In this document: positions 39,188 to 50,000 of the stretch, piece after piece
Layout of the letters: the number at the start of each line of letters is the position of its first letter
How positions within the stretch are numbered: position 1 is the first letter of the stretch
Source: a virus
Length of the DNA stretch: 64,000 nucleotides
Direction: 5' to 3' (one strand)
IMG/VR virus record: IMGVR_UViG_3300002219_000010
Location: 2,837-66,836 of that record
Made by a program: the position numbers and the translations under genes
The notes under the pieces: model-generated
What the model saw: the letters and a program-made list of their open reading frames with translations, nothing else
The model's database searches: none
What the model was told of the DNA's origin: nothing

Positions 39188-40038
39188 ACAAAGTCCAGGA
39201 ACTAATTGATTTTGCCAAAGACAATGGAATCTTCATTCATGGCAGAACATCCCCACAGGAATGGGAAGAATTGCTGAAGGAGAGCGGCGGGAGATGTCCC
39301 TGTGGGCATGCTGAGTCTTGTCCTTGCGAATTGGCTTTAGAAAAAATACGAAGTGCATCGGAGCCAGCCGATCAGATGTGCGGATGCGTGTTTTACGTAT
39401 CTAGTGCATATCTGAATCATTATAAAACCAAGCCTTGGAACGGTGAATCGTCAACAATACCTTTTGATACTCAGACCTCGCCAGTTGTCAATAAGACCAA
39501 ACCCGCCAAGGAAGAACCAGTGTCATATCAAAAAACACGGGACGTGCCTGCTGATGTTGAGGAGAAATTCATAAAATCTGCTGGGACATATATAGATGGT
39601 CTAAAACTGATTGAGAACGGCGAGATCGACAAGTTTGTGGATAGCATCAGAATGGAAGAAGCCACCAATCCATGTGATCTTTGTAAAGGAGATGCTGATG
39701 TAGTGGCATCACATGGCGATTATGTTAGAGCCTTGTGTCAACACGGGTCGCCGGAATGTGAGTCAGAGGCCAAAAAACTTGTCATCCGCACCATGGGGGT
39801 TATTGATGAAAACTTCATGAGTGCCGGTTATGATAAAGTAAAACAAAATAACCCAGCAACTGAAGAAACAAAGAAAAGCGGTAAGAAAAACGCATGGATC
39901 GAGTTTAGCTCGAAGATCATGACAGATCCATTTCTTGATGGCATGCCGCAAAAGAATAAGATGAAGATTGCCGCAGCACTATATCGTGGAGAATATGATT
40001 CAATCGAAGCTGCAAAGGAGGCGCTGAAAAATGAGTAG
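39184..40038 (+). CDS. Ferredoxin-thioredoxin reductase catalytic-subunit-like domain fused to a four-Cys helical domain
   Basis: CPC...CPC...CGC..Y triad as in FTR (CPC/CPC/CHC); C-terminal PCDLC...LC...EC. Confidence 0.65.
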   Translation: MNKVQELIDFAKDNGIFIHGRTSPQEWEELLKESGGRCPCGHAESCPCELALEKIRSASEPADQMCGCVFYVSSAYLNHYKTKPWNGESSTIPFDTQTSPVVNKTKPAKEEPVSYQKTRDVPADVEEKFIKSAGTYIDGLKLIENGEIDKFVDSIRMEEATNPCDLCKGDADVVASHGDYVRALCQHGSPECESEAKKLVIRTMGVIDENFMSAGYDKVKQNNPATEETKKSGKKNAWIEFSSKIMTDPFLDGMPQKNKMKIAAALYRGEYDSIEAAKEALKNE

Positions 40039-40420
40039 AATACGAAGAATAATATTCGGAGAACCTGAGACCAAAAAACAGTGGACCGTGTGGTATTATG
40101 ACAATAGCATATCGTCCAGAATATTAAAGTTTCTCTTCGGAACTCGTGGTTGTTACAGAGTTGACGCGGATAACATTAGCTATCATATGTCCGCGACTGG
40201 GTTCTTTCTAATGTATAATGAAGAAGCCGATGGATCAGAATATATATGGACATTGCAGATAGAAAAGTACAGGATGAATTTCGGGTACAAGCAAAGTCAA
40301 CATGAAATGGAAATGAAATACGAAGAACTGAAAAAAGAAAACATTGCAGCATATGCAGAAGAGCTTGCCAAGGTCGTCCCTACGAACCAGATACCGACAC
40401 AAGGTAACATGTTTGGATGA
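40031..40420 (+). CDS. Hypothetical protein
   Basis: GGAGG SD. Confidence 0.55.
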   Translation: MSRIRRIIFGEPETKKQWTVWYYDNSISSRILKFLFGTRGCYRVDADNISYHMSATGFFLMYNEEADGSEYIWTLQIEKYRMNFGYKQSQHEMEMKYEELKKENIAAYAEELAKVVPTNQIPTQGNMFG

Positions 40421-40426
40421 TAAATC

Positions 40427-40693
40427 ATGTTCGAGGTTGAGTTGGATATAGAAGTCAAAAATATGCCAAAAAGACGACGAGCAATGTTATATATGCTCGA
40501 CAATCCGAGAGGATATGGCTTCTATGCAACTCAACTGGCTCGAGATCTCTGCAACACACTGAGAGAAAATGGACATCCGATATGCGCATACGCCATAACC
40601 TTGAGATTGTCGGGTGTTCGAGTTCGTATGATTGGTTCGGAGGTAATTGTCATAAATGACCAGAAATTGGAGTCTGAATCAAGCGGATGTTAG
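40427..40693 (+). CDS. Hypothetical protein
   Basis: ORF within the operon. Confidence 0.45.
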   Translation: MFEVELDIEVKNMPKRRRAMLYMLDNPRGYGFYATQLARDLCNTLRENGHPICAYAITLRLSGVRVRMIGSEVIVINDQKLESESSGC

Positions 40694-41030
40694 AGCCATC
40701 GAGATCCTGGAAAAAGGTGAACCCAGGTCACTAACAGAACTGGTCCAGGAAATCTATGGGATTGAATCTGACGCAGATCGACATCGGAAGATAAACGCTT
40801 TCAAGAAGCATCTTGATCGCCTGGTTGCAGATGGATTTTTGTCAACCAGCCAGTCGAAAAATGATATGAATCGGCTAGTCACGGTCTATTCCATATCTGA
40901 AAATGTTATCATTGGAAAGGGAGGCTTGCTCATAGTAAATGACTATGGTATGGACTTCACAGAACTGGGAAAAATGATAAAAGTGGTGAAAGAAGATGGT
41001 AAGGACCTGGTTCTGCCACTTACCATTTAG
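40656..41030 (+). CDS. Winged-helix DNA-binding protein
   Basis: SLTELVQEIY...KHLDRLVADGFL...VYS. Confidence 0.65.
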   Translation: MTRNWSLNQADVRAIEILEKGEPRSLTELVQEIYGIESDADRHRKINAFKKHLDRLVADGFLSTSQSKNDMNRLVTVYSISENVIIGKGGLLIVNDYGMDFTELGKMIKVVKEDGKDLVLPLTI

Positions 41031-42250
41031 ATTTTTTCTAATGGGTCAAACATCACCGTTATTGTTCTTCCAGCAACAGGGATAACCTGCTCTGTTTTTG
41101 AGGTATAGCCTTCTTTCACCGCTGTTATGTTTAGCAACTCGTTGGCAACTTCCTTCAACCCGATTATTGGGGCAACTCCTTGCGGCATGTCGTTTATGAT
41201 AATATCGCAGTCCTGTGGCGTTGTGAATATATTTATATTGCCAGTTGCTGTTGGAATCGGCGATAATGTTCGATAGATCTCATTCTTACCACGAGCCACG
41301 TTTATGGTCTCATGGTGGGAACTGCAACCATCAGCAACTATGGCTATGGCATGTTCTCCTGGGGTCATATCCCAATGATCAGGAGTTATACGATGGGTAT
41401 CCTGGCCATCGACGAATATCATGGCGTGGGTAGGCTTGGACTTGAACTCGACCCTAACCAATGTCGGCAGCTCGGCAATCTTGCACTTTTCATACGCCGC
41501 TTTGATTTCGTCATGATCTATGTACATGTTTCTCCCTTTATTGTTGGGGCTTGATAGACATTCGTTAACCATTATATAATTTACAAAAATGTCTTTCCAG
41601 TCATCGCGACGATACAGCTCTTCTTCATCACCATTGCCGATATATACCGCACCCAGGACTCTGCGATACATTTCCATCGGAGAGTGGGGATCAAAATACA
41701 CTGTAACCATTTTGCCGAGGACCAGCTCTTTCATTCGCGCAGTTGCAGGTCCCGACCCACTGTACGTCCCTTTTTCAGCCGAGTCGATCCCGGCAAGCCT
41801 GACCTCTTTTCCATTTACGAAAATGGTGTCGCCATCATCGACCTTGTCACAAATACCAACGATCCTGCCTTTATCTAGTTCCTCTTGAACCAGCGCGGGC
41901 GGCTTCGCAACATCAGCATACGCATCGTAATACTTCATGTATGCATCATAATATTGATAATATGATGAATTCAGAGGAAACCCGTTTTCGTCAAGGTATT
42001 TTTTAAATTCGTTGAGGTCCGACTTAATGGCCTCGTAATGGGGAAGAATACCTTCATATACCATTAAAGGATTGTAATGTTGATCATTAAACCAAGTTAC
42101 TCTAGTCCGGACGGCAGCATCAAACTGCCAAAAGTTTGTCTGGACTCGTGTCAACCATTGGCGAGCCTTGGCATCGACAGGAGATTCAATTGCCAATAGG
42201 TCTGTCGGTGTTTGAATCAAGCTTATTTCTTCTTCCGCCATCCTCGTCAC
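41027..42250 (-). CDS. Thermonuclease (SNase) fused to two PEGA domains
   Basis: VDDGDTI, VRLAGIDSAE, Y.RVLG.V; SKPTHAMIFVDG and TTPQDCDIIIND PEGA repeats. Confidence 0.85.
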   Translation of the reverse strand: MTRMAEEEISLIQTPTDLLAIESPVDAKARQWLTRVQTNFWQFDAAVRTRVTWFNDQHYNPLMVYEGILPHYEAIKSDLNEFKKYLDENGFPLNSSYYQYYDAYMKYYDAYADVAKPPALVQEELDKGRIVGICDKVDDGDTIFVNGKEVRLAGIDSAEKGTYSGSGPATARMKELVLGKMVTVYFDPHSPMEMYRRVLGAVYIGNGDEEELYRRDDWKDIFVNYIMVNECLSSPNNKGRNMYIDHDEIKAAYEKCKIAELPTLVRVEFKSKPTHAMIFVDGQDTHRITPDHWDMTPGEHAIAIVADGCSSHHETINVARGKNEIYRTLSPIPTATGNINIFTTPQDCDIIINDMPQGVAPIIGLKEVANELLNITAVKEGYTSKTEQVIPVAGRTITVMFDPLEKI

Positions 42251-42365
42251 CCCCTGGGAACTTTAACAACGGAGACTCCAGTTCCTGTATCAATCCACAA
42301 CTTACTCTTATCTGCATGATGACTGCTTCAGTGTCCAAGATATAAATCATTGAGCATTTATTGTT

Positions 42366-42592
42366 GTGACATCCTCCCGGCCTGAAGACCAGGGCTTCCT
42401 ACTTCTACGATCCGCTGAATGCAGTATCTCCATAGGCTCTTCCCCTCAGCCCGAGGGTGCGAATGTTTAGGCTGGCATTGATGTCCCTATCCATCTCTAG
42501 CCCACATTTAGGGCAAAGATGAACTCGGTCTGCCAGCGTTTTAGGACGAACTCAGGGCTAATCCCCGCTTTTTCAAAGGCGGGATACAGCCC
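42366..42592 (-). mobile_element. Miniature IS605-type element: terminal hairpin plus tnpB 3' remnant, omegaRNA and right end
   Basis: Minus frame 42545-42405 reads [28 protein letters not shown]; ends GGAGGATGTCAC; hairpin at 42555-42592. Confidence 0.75.
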
Positions 42593-42642
42593 GTGCTTAC
42601 TGACCAACAACCATATTAGGTAGCAATACATATTAACTGATA

Positions 42643-43746
42643 ATGCCTAAAGTGTTTCGTTATAGATTGAAGCCCACAAAGTCGCAAGTTGCAATATTAA
42701 ATAGGCAACTTGATCTATGTAGGTGGGTCTACAACGAGACGCTTGCTCTACGGAAGAATGCGTGGGAGAATGAAGATCGATCTATAAGCTACTTTGAATC
42801 TAAGAGGATGCTGCCTATCTGGAAAGAATCCAAACCTGAGCTATCGGAAGTCTATTCTCAGGTTCTTCAGGAAGCTGTTCAAAGGGTAGACCTGGCTTTC
42901 AAAGCGTTCTTCCGAAGGGTCAAGGCAGGAGAAAACCCAGGATATCCAAGGTTCAAAGGCATAAATTGGTATGACAGCTTAACTTATCCTCAAAGCGGTT
43001 TTGCATTCGAGGATAACGTTTTGCATCTCTCTAAAATCGGAGATATTAAGGTCTGGTTGCATAGGAAAGTTGAAGGAACCATTAAGAGGCTGACCATAAG
43101 AAGATCATCTACCAAAAAATGGTATGTCTCGTTCTTAGTAGAAGATGCACCAAATGACGCAGTACCAGATTCCGAGAAAGCGGTAGGCATAGACGTGGGA
43201 ATATCCAATTTCGCAGTATTCTCAGATGGAACATTTATAGAGAATCAAAGATATTTGGCATCTTGTGAAAAGAAGCTTGCCACAGCGCAGAGCAAGAAAG
43301 ACAAGCTCCCCCACAAGTCACCAGAACGCCGGAAAGCTGCCAAGAAAGTTAGTCATATCTACGAAAGACTTGGAAACCTCCGAGATAACTTTGCCCATCA
43401 ACTCAGCCATCGGATAGTCAATGATTACGGTATAATCTGCCTGGAAGATATCAACATCAAGAATCTCATCGAAAAGAAACCTTACATGGCTAAAAGCGTG
43501 CTGGATGCAAGCTGGAATAGATTCAGGACATACGTTACGTACAAGGCTGAAAGTGCCGGTCGTAAAGTGGTCCTGGTCAATCCCGCCTATACATCTCAGA
43601 TATGCTCAAGCTGTGGTTCGATAGTCAAAAAGGATCTATCCGTCAGAGTCCATAGCTGCCCGAAATGTGGTTTGGTAATGGACCGAGATCTCAATGCAGC
43701 TAAGAACATTCTCAGACTGGGGCTACAGTCTGTGGCGAAAGCCTAG
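42643..43746 (+). CDS. tnpB: TnpB RNA-guided endonuclease (IS200/IS605 family)
   Basis: HTH N-terminus, GYPRFK, RuvC GIDVG / LED / DRDLNAA, Zn finger CSSC..CPKC; catalytic D-E-D intact. Confidence 0.95.
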   Translation: MPKVFRYRLKPTKSQVAILNRQLDLCRWVYNETLALRKNAWENEDRSISYFESKRMLPIWKESKPELSEVYSQVLQEAVQRVDLAFKAFFRRVKAGENPGYPRFKGINWYDSLTYPQSGFAFEDNVLHLSKIGDIKVWLHRKVEGTIKRLTIRRSSTKKWYVSFLVEDAPNDAVPDSEKAVGIDVGISNFAVFSDGTFIENQRYLASCEKKLATAQSKKDKLPHKSPERRKAAKKVSHIYERLGNLRDNFAHQLSHRIVNDYGIICLEDINIKNLIEKKPYMAKSVLDASWNRFRTYVTYKAESAGRKVVLVNPAYTSQICSSCGSIVKKDLSVRVHSCPKCGLVMDRDLNAAKNILRLGLQSVAKA

Positions 43747-43778
43747 ATGCCCGCGACTTCAGTCGTGGGAGTAGTCAC
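43747..43778 (+). mobile_element. IS605 right end / omegaRNA 3' scaffold
   Basis: CCCGCGAC-TTCA-GTCGTGGG hairpin then AGTAGTCAC; predicted guide starts at 43779. Confidence 0.8.
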
Positions 43779-43928
43779 GGTACATCCTGAATTTGTAAGC
43801 AGTATTCAAACCCGCACCTTCTAGTCACAAAGTATATTATCTCCCGCAGATATATATCTATCGGTGATTGGGAACCGCTACCTTCTAGTCAATTGTAGTT
43901 TTTTCCAATCACCGTTGATATTAATAAC

Positions 43929-43996
43929 GGGCACGATTCATCCTACCTCTGAAGAGGCGGGGATTCTTTGCCCCCACATCCACGGAGGATTGATTA
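43929..43996 (+). mobile_element. Orphan IS200/IS605-like end
   Basis: ATTCATCCTACCTCTGAAGAGGCGGGATTCT resembles the family's subterminal CTGAAG hairpin. Confidence 0.45.
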
Positions 43997-44099
43997 TGGT
44001 AAGTGAAAAAGAACTGGAAAAGAAAGCAAAAGAAGCGCAACAGAACATTGACAAGATGTTCATGAAAGCTATTAAAAAGACAGAAGAAGGTGGTAAGTA

Positions 44100-47000
44100 A
44101 TGGTTCGACTTGGATCATCATCAAAACCCGCAACTGTAAGTATCGGGGGTAGCAGCGGAAAAACCACTACAACCCCGGCCAAAAGTTCCAGTAGCACATC
44201 TTCAACAACGCAGGCAAAAACACCAGCGCCGTCAATAACTGAATTTATAAAGTCCACCGGCCCTACATCACTACCAGCACCAGCGCCATCAATAACTGAA
44301 TTTATAAAGTCCACGGGTCCTACATCACTACCAGCATATGAATCAGAGACACAAACCACCACTGTAACCCCTGCCAAGGCCCCAACCCCGACAGCTCCAG
44401 TTTCAACATCTCAAACCCCCGCCCAAGCAATACAATCATCAATAGCCTCTGGTGTAAATGTGCCTATAACACCCGAAACACTTGCAGCCCGGAATGAAGG
44501 ATTGAAGCCTCTGTCCGCGCCTATCCCAACGACGGGGCTGGGTTCCAAGGTGGCTGCGGTGGCAACTGGAGGAGCACTAAAAGGAGGCATTGCTGCCCTA
44601 ACGGAGCCCGAACCCGTGAAAACTATAAAATACGTGCCGATCACAGCTCCAACATATTCGTTGCAGGAAACTCTTGCCATATCCGAAGCCATGAAAAAAG
44701 CAGTCGAACTAGCAACACCGCCCTCGATAAACGTTGCTCCGGTTCCGCTTGACGAGATAGCAACCGCTCCTGCTGCAAAGGTAGCAGCAATTGCCAATAC
44801 TCTTCTGGAAAATACCACCCGACTTAATCAGGTTTTGGCATCTGCAACGCAGCCACCAGCTGCAATTGATGTCAGTAGTAAAGTTGAGGCAGCCTTAAAA
44901 AGTTCCCTTAAGACCGGCAACGTTGATAAACTTCAGCAAACCACCAATACCATCTTAAATGCCGTTAACAAGGTTGCAGAACAAGCCAGTAATGTTGCTG
45001 TTAAGAAGATCGACACCGAGAAGGCAGCCCTGTACTCGCTTTCAAATTCTGCATTAAACAACTTGGTAAGCATCGCCAACAACGAGTTTAACAAGGCGAA
45101 CGCCGTGAAAACAGCGACCGATCTAAAATCGGCGGCTGACAAAAGCGTGAGCAAAATATTGGAAATCGGCAAGGCAGCAGACCAGGTTACACAACTTGCA
45201 AAATTGCAGGTATCCAATGCAGTTAAGCAAAAGATGACCGAGAATAGAACCATTGCCGACAACGCGGTGCAAACAGCAACCCGGCTAAATGCCATAACCA
45301 TAAGTCCTGGTCAGTCGTCCAGTTCCGTCGCGAGTGCAATATATTCACAACTTTACGCCAATACCCCAGCGCCTGCTGCCACAGTAGCTGAACGCATGGG
45401 CGCGATCAACGATGCATTAAAGCCATATGTAAAAAGTGGAAAAATTGATTCCACCAAGATAGCATCAATTCGACAGGATCTGTTGCCATTAATCCAAGCA
45501 GAGGACTGGAGCAAAGTTTCAACGGGTATAGATTCCGAGGACCAGAGGAGAGGTATTGGTAAATATGCTGCCAAGTCATCAACCGTTTCAGAATCAAAGG
45601 CTGCTCCAACTACTGCACCAGTGAGCCCCGGCATTGCAACAACTACTGGTGGCGGAGCTGGTGCACGAGCTGAAACCAAGTCAGTTGAGAAGAATATATT
45701 TGCACAAATCGGCGATGCCGTTACAGGTGCTTACAATACAGCCATCGAAAAATTGTTTGGGACCGGCGCGACACCCGAAACAAAGCCAAAGACATCAACA
45801 ACTGCTGCAAAAGCTGCCATATCCAGCACGCCAGGTGCAGCCTTAGATATCAATAAAACCTACGTAACGCCTACGGGCGATGTTCTTCCTGGATCAAAGA
45901 TATCAAAAGTTGAATTTGCCAAAGGCGGTTTTACTGAGTACACTAAGCCGGTGCCGGAATCATCCACGTCTACTACAATATCCACATCTGTACAAAAACC
46001 ACCTGGCGCAGTTGCCGTAAAAGGTTCTGTAGAAGGTAGGGTAGTCAACGTAGATCCAGATGTTTATAAGGCCCTGAAGTCTACTGGGTATAAGGACAAT
46101 CAAATTGCTGATTCGTTGGCGAGCGGCAAGATGGGCATATATGCATCAAACGATGGAAAAGTCAAAATAGCCATGCAGAGTTCCGTTCCAAATGCCGCTA
46201 TGTCAGATAGTGGGTTATTCTCCGTCGAACCATTTAAAACCGTGAAAGATAGCACCGGCAAATCTGTCCCAGTTAACGAATGGTCCTACAGAAAAACCGC
46301 ATATCTCGGGCTTAGCGATACTGAAATTGGAGATCTGGGTCAGGATTTACTCAATCGAGCTGCAACTCTTGATGTTGGTTCTGCAAAAAAACCTGAAACC
46401 GGGTGGGCGGATATACTTATAACCGAACTAGGTACGGTGCTTCAGGTTCCAGATATGAGAGCAGCTGATTCTGGGATGTTCACGTTAAAACCGTTGACCA
46501 ACGCACAGGTCCCAGATCCGTTAAAAGACCCGTGGGGATATGCGGAATGGGTATCCAAGAAACCATATATGGCATTAATGGGAGAAGGTTTCGAAAATGG
46601 CTACCAGTTGCAGCCTACCGTGCAGGGCCTTATACAGCTAGACAAAATAGCAAAAGACCTTGCAAAACCAGGTTCTACATTTACCGATGTCCCAGTTATC
46701 GGCGGGATGAACCAATATGAACTATTTAAAAACGCACTAACCTACGCCGATGCAGAAACAGTTGCCGAGATCGCTAAAAACAATCCAAGGGTTATATTGG
46801 GAGCAGCAACTGACCCTGTAATGCAACCAGTACTTGAATCCAAGCTTGGTTCAACTGAATACAAGAGCACCCTGGACAAAGCCATGACCCCCGCCGAGAA
46901 AAAATTTACTAAGGACGTCGAAAAAGAACGGGGTTTTTCATCTGCTTTAACCTATTTGCCAAGAGGCAGCGATGCCACCGATTTGCAGCTGTATAAAGGC

Positions 47001-50000
47001 GTGCAAGTACTCGCTTTTGCAGAATCCATTGTAACCGAACCACTAACACCATCCGAAGCCGTAAACACAGCGTTGGCCCCAGTAATTATATTCGGTGTCG
47101 CTCCCATACGACTCGTATCCAAAGCTGGAAAAATAGAAGAAGGCTTGCGTCTCATGAAAGCATCCGATGGAACAATTGATGCATATAGAGGTACGGAACT
47201 AGTCGGCAAAATAGGTTATTCTGTCGATAACCCCAATATAATAAGACTGGAAACCATGGACGGAAAAATATTCGAACTTTCCAAGGATGGTAAAGAAGCA
47301 GTTGAAGTAGCGGCAACTGCCAAAACAACGGTCGCTGGCGAGAAAACTGTCACTGGCAAACCTATAATACCAGTAGCAACAGCCGCAGATGCCGGCAAAG
47401 TGCCCATCGTAAGTTCCACAGCCCCTGGTATTGGTATTCGAGCAGCCGACGTAGAAGGCGGGTTGCTCACGACTCCAACAGATGCTAAAACTGCCGCAGG
47501 AATAGACATTTCTAGGTCAGTTACTGGGGAACCTATCACAGCAGAAACATTAGCGGCCAGGAACGCTGGATTGAAGCCCATCGGTGCTGCCTCTGAAAAG
47601 ACCACCAGTTTCAAAGGAGTCAAAACAGAAGCTGCAACCGAGACCAAGTTCTTTGACACGAAGAAAAACGTCATCGTTGATGATGGATTCAAGCAATTCG
47701 ACGTAGTAGACCCAACTGGGAACAGGTTTACCATCGCCAAGGTCCGGGATACCGGGGTGATGGAAACCACGGATGGCCGGTATCTGGTTGACATCGATGG
47801 AAAAGGCAATTATTACCAGGTTCACAAAGATTACGTACCAGCCAACAAAGTTGTCCTTACTACAGATGAATACGGTAATCCGGCCATTACCAAGGTGTCC
47901 AGACCGGGATCAGTAGACACCTGGCAGGTTACATATACTGACGATTTTGGAGAAGTACAAAATGTCGTTACCACTCGAAAAATCACCACCAATGACGATG
48001 CCTTGGAACTGGCGGTTGAATGGGATGCGCGTCTCAAAGCATCGCCTGATCAATATCAGCCGGTTGGAAGTCACGCACCAACGCCAGTTGCCGATGAAAT
48101 GCTTGGCGGCCCCAACGGATACGGTGGCGAAATGGGTGATGCCGGTCCAATCGGAGGCGGCGGAGGAGGATATATAGATGATGCTACTGGGGGAAATATT
48201 GTCACCGGGCAGGACGTAAGCCAGTGGACCTATAATCAAAATTGGGGAGCAGAACTCCGTTCTATTGATAACGGAAAGACCTGGCAGGTTAAGGACCCCG
48301 AGACCGGCAATATCCTTTCCACCACTGAATATGAAGAACTTGTATTGCAGAGAACCGCTGACCGATCCCCCAAATACGATGCAGAATTAAACACATACAC
48401 GAAGTTAAATAAGGATGGGTCAAGGGTCTATCAGGACTCAGCTGGTAACTGGGTGTCAAAAACAGATCTCGACGCTGAAAGAGCAGCAATCGCCAGGAAC
48501 AATCCAACCTACACCTATGGCATCGATGAGGCTAAAAACAACGCTAGGACCAGGACAAACTCGGCAACAGGGGATGTTCAGTACATGGACCCCCAAACCG
48601 GGAACTGGATGTCCAAAGAGCAGTTTGAAAAGTTGCTGGCTGCCGAAGAAACTCCAATATGGAATAGCGAGGGAGGATATTATTATTTCAGGAAGAACGA
48701 TGGAACTTTCGAGATCCTGAATCCATATACCAATGTTCGACAGACCCCGGAGGAATACGGTAAGTATCTGTCTGATCGACTGGCGGAAACCACTCCTACA
48801 ACAACTACTCCAACAACAACACCCACCACCACTACGCCAACTACTACCCCAGTAGAATACACGCCATCATATGTGACTCCTACTCAAACAGAACTATCTG
48901 ATCTGTATAATAGTCTGGTTTCTTCACTCGCATCCAGGGAGGGCGGAGCAGACGCAGTTGCAGATGCGTGGACCAGATTTACACAAACAGATGACTTTGG
49001 AAAATTTACTCAATCCGGGGATGTAAGTCTCTTGGCCAAGGCCAAAAATGGTGAGGTCCTGACAGAAACCGAGATCGCGAGAGTTCAATATCTCAGATCT
49101 CAAATGAGTGACACCGCTCGTATCGCTTTTGACGAGGCTGTAGGAGAGACACCAATAAACATAATGTCATTATCTGATTTCCAAAATCACGTGACTGCAT
49201 CCAGAGACAGTATAAAGAACCTGAGCGACGCCGATATCAAGAGTTCCAACCTTGGACCAGATAAAGAGATAATCGTCCACCAAAGCAAAGCCGAAGCAAA
49301 CATGGATGACTTCCTGCAATTTGAAGAGTTTAAGAGCGCATCCAAAGCGGACCAGGACGTGATAATGGATGAGATCAGATACTTCATTGGCGAACCAACG
49401 ACAACATCTAATCTTCTGGATAAATTCAACACCATAAAATCAACATGGACTGCGAAAGCAACCCTGGCCTGGAATAAGATAGTTGAAGCCCTGAAATCAG
49501 CCAAAGAACTGATATCCCAAATGCCGGCTTCCTGGATAGACGACAATGCAGATTTCAACATGGCGGAACTTATTCTTGGAAACAGCAAGTATAGCGACAT
49601 TCTGGTTGTTACCGGAACCAAGGGGCCAACCAAAGCATCCCTAGTCAAAGCATTCGAAAAGGCTACTCAGGAAGGAACCGTTATCGCTGGAGCTAATGAC
49701 TGGCAGGCTGCCGTGCACAAATTCAAGAAGATGGACGGCTGGGTAGTAAGATCTCCCGAGGGAGAGTTCTCATTCATACGAAAGAACGACATCGTGTTCT
49801 CCGCCGACGAAGCAATGAACGTTGCTGCAACTCCTGCCAAGATGTTCTTCTGGGAAAAACCAGTTAATGTCCCGACTGAGTTCAAGGTCCCTGATAATGC
49901 CTCCGGTAGCAAGGTAGTTGCTATTAACAAGGCCGATCCGTATGCAGCGGACGAAGCAGTTTGGAAAGGTCTGACTGAATCTGGAGGGCTCGACTTCGAC

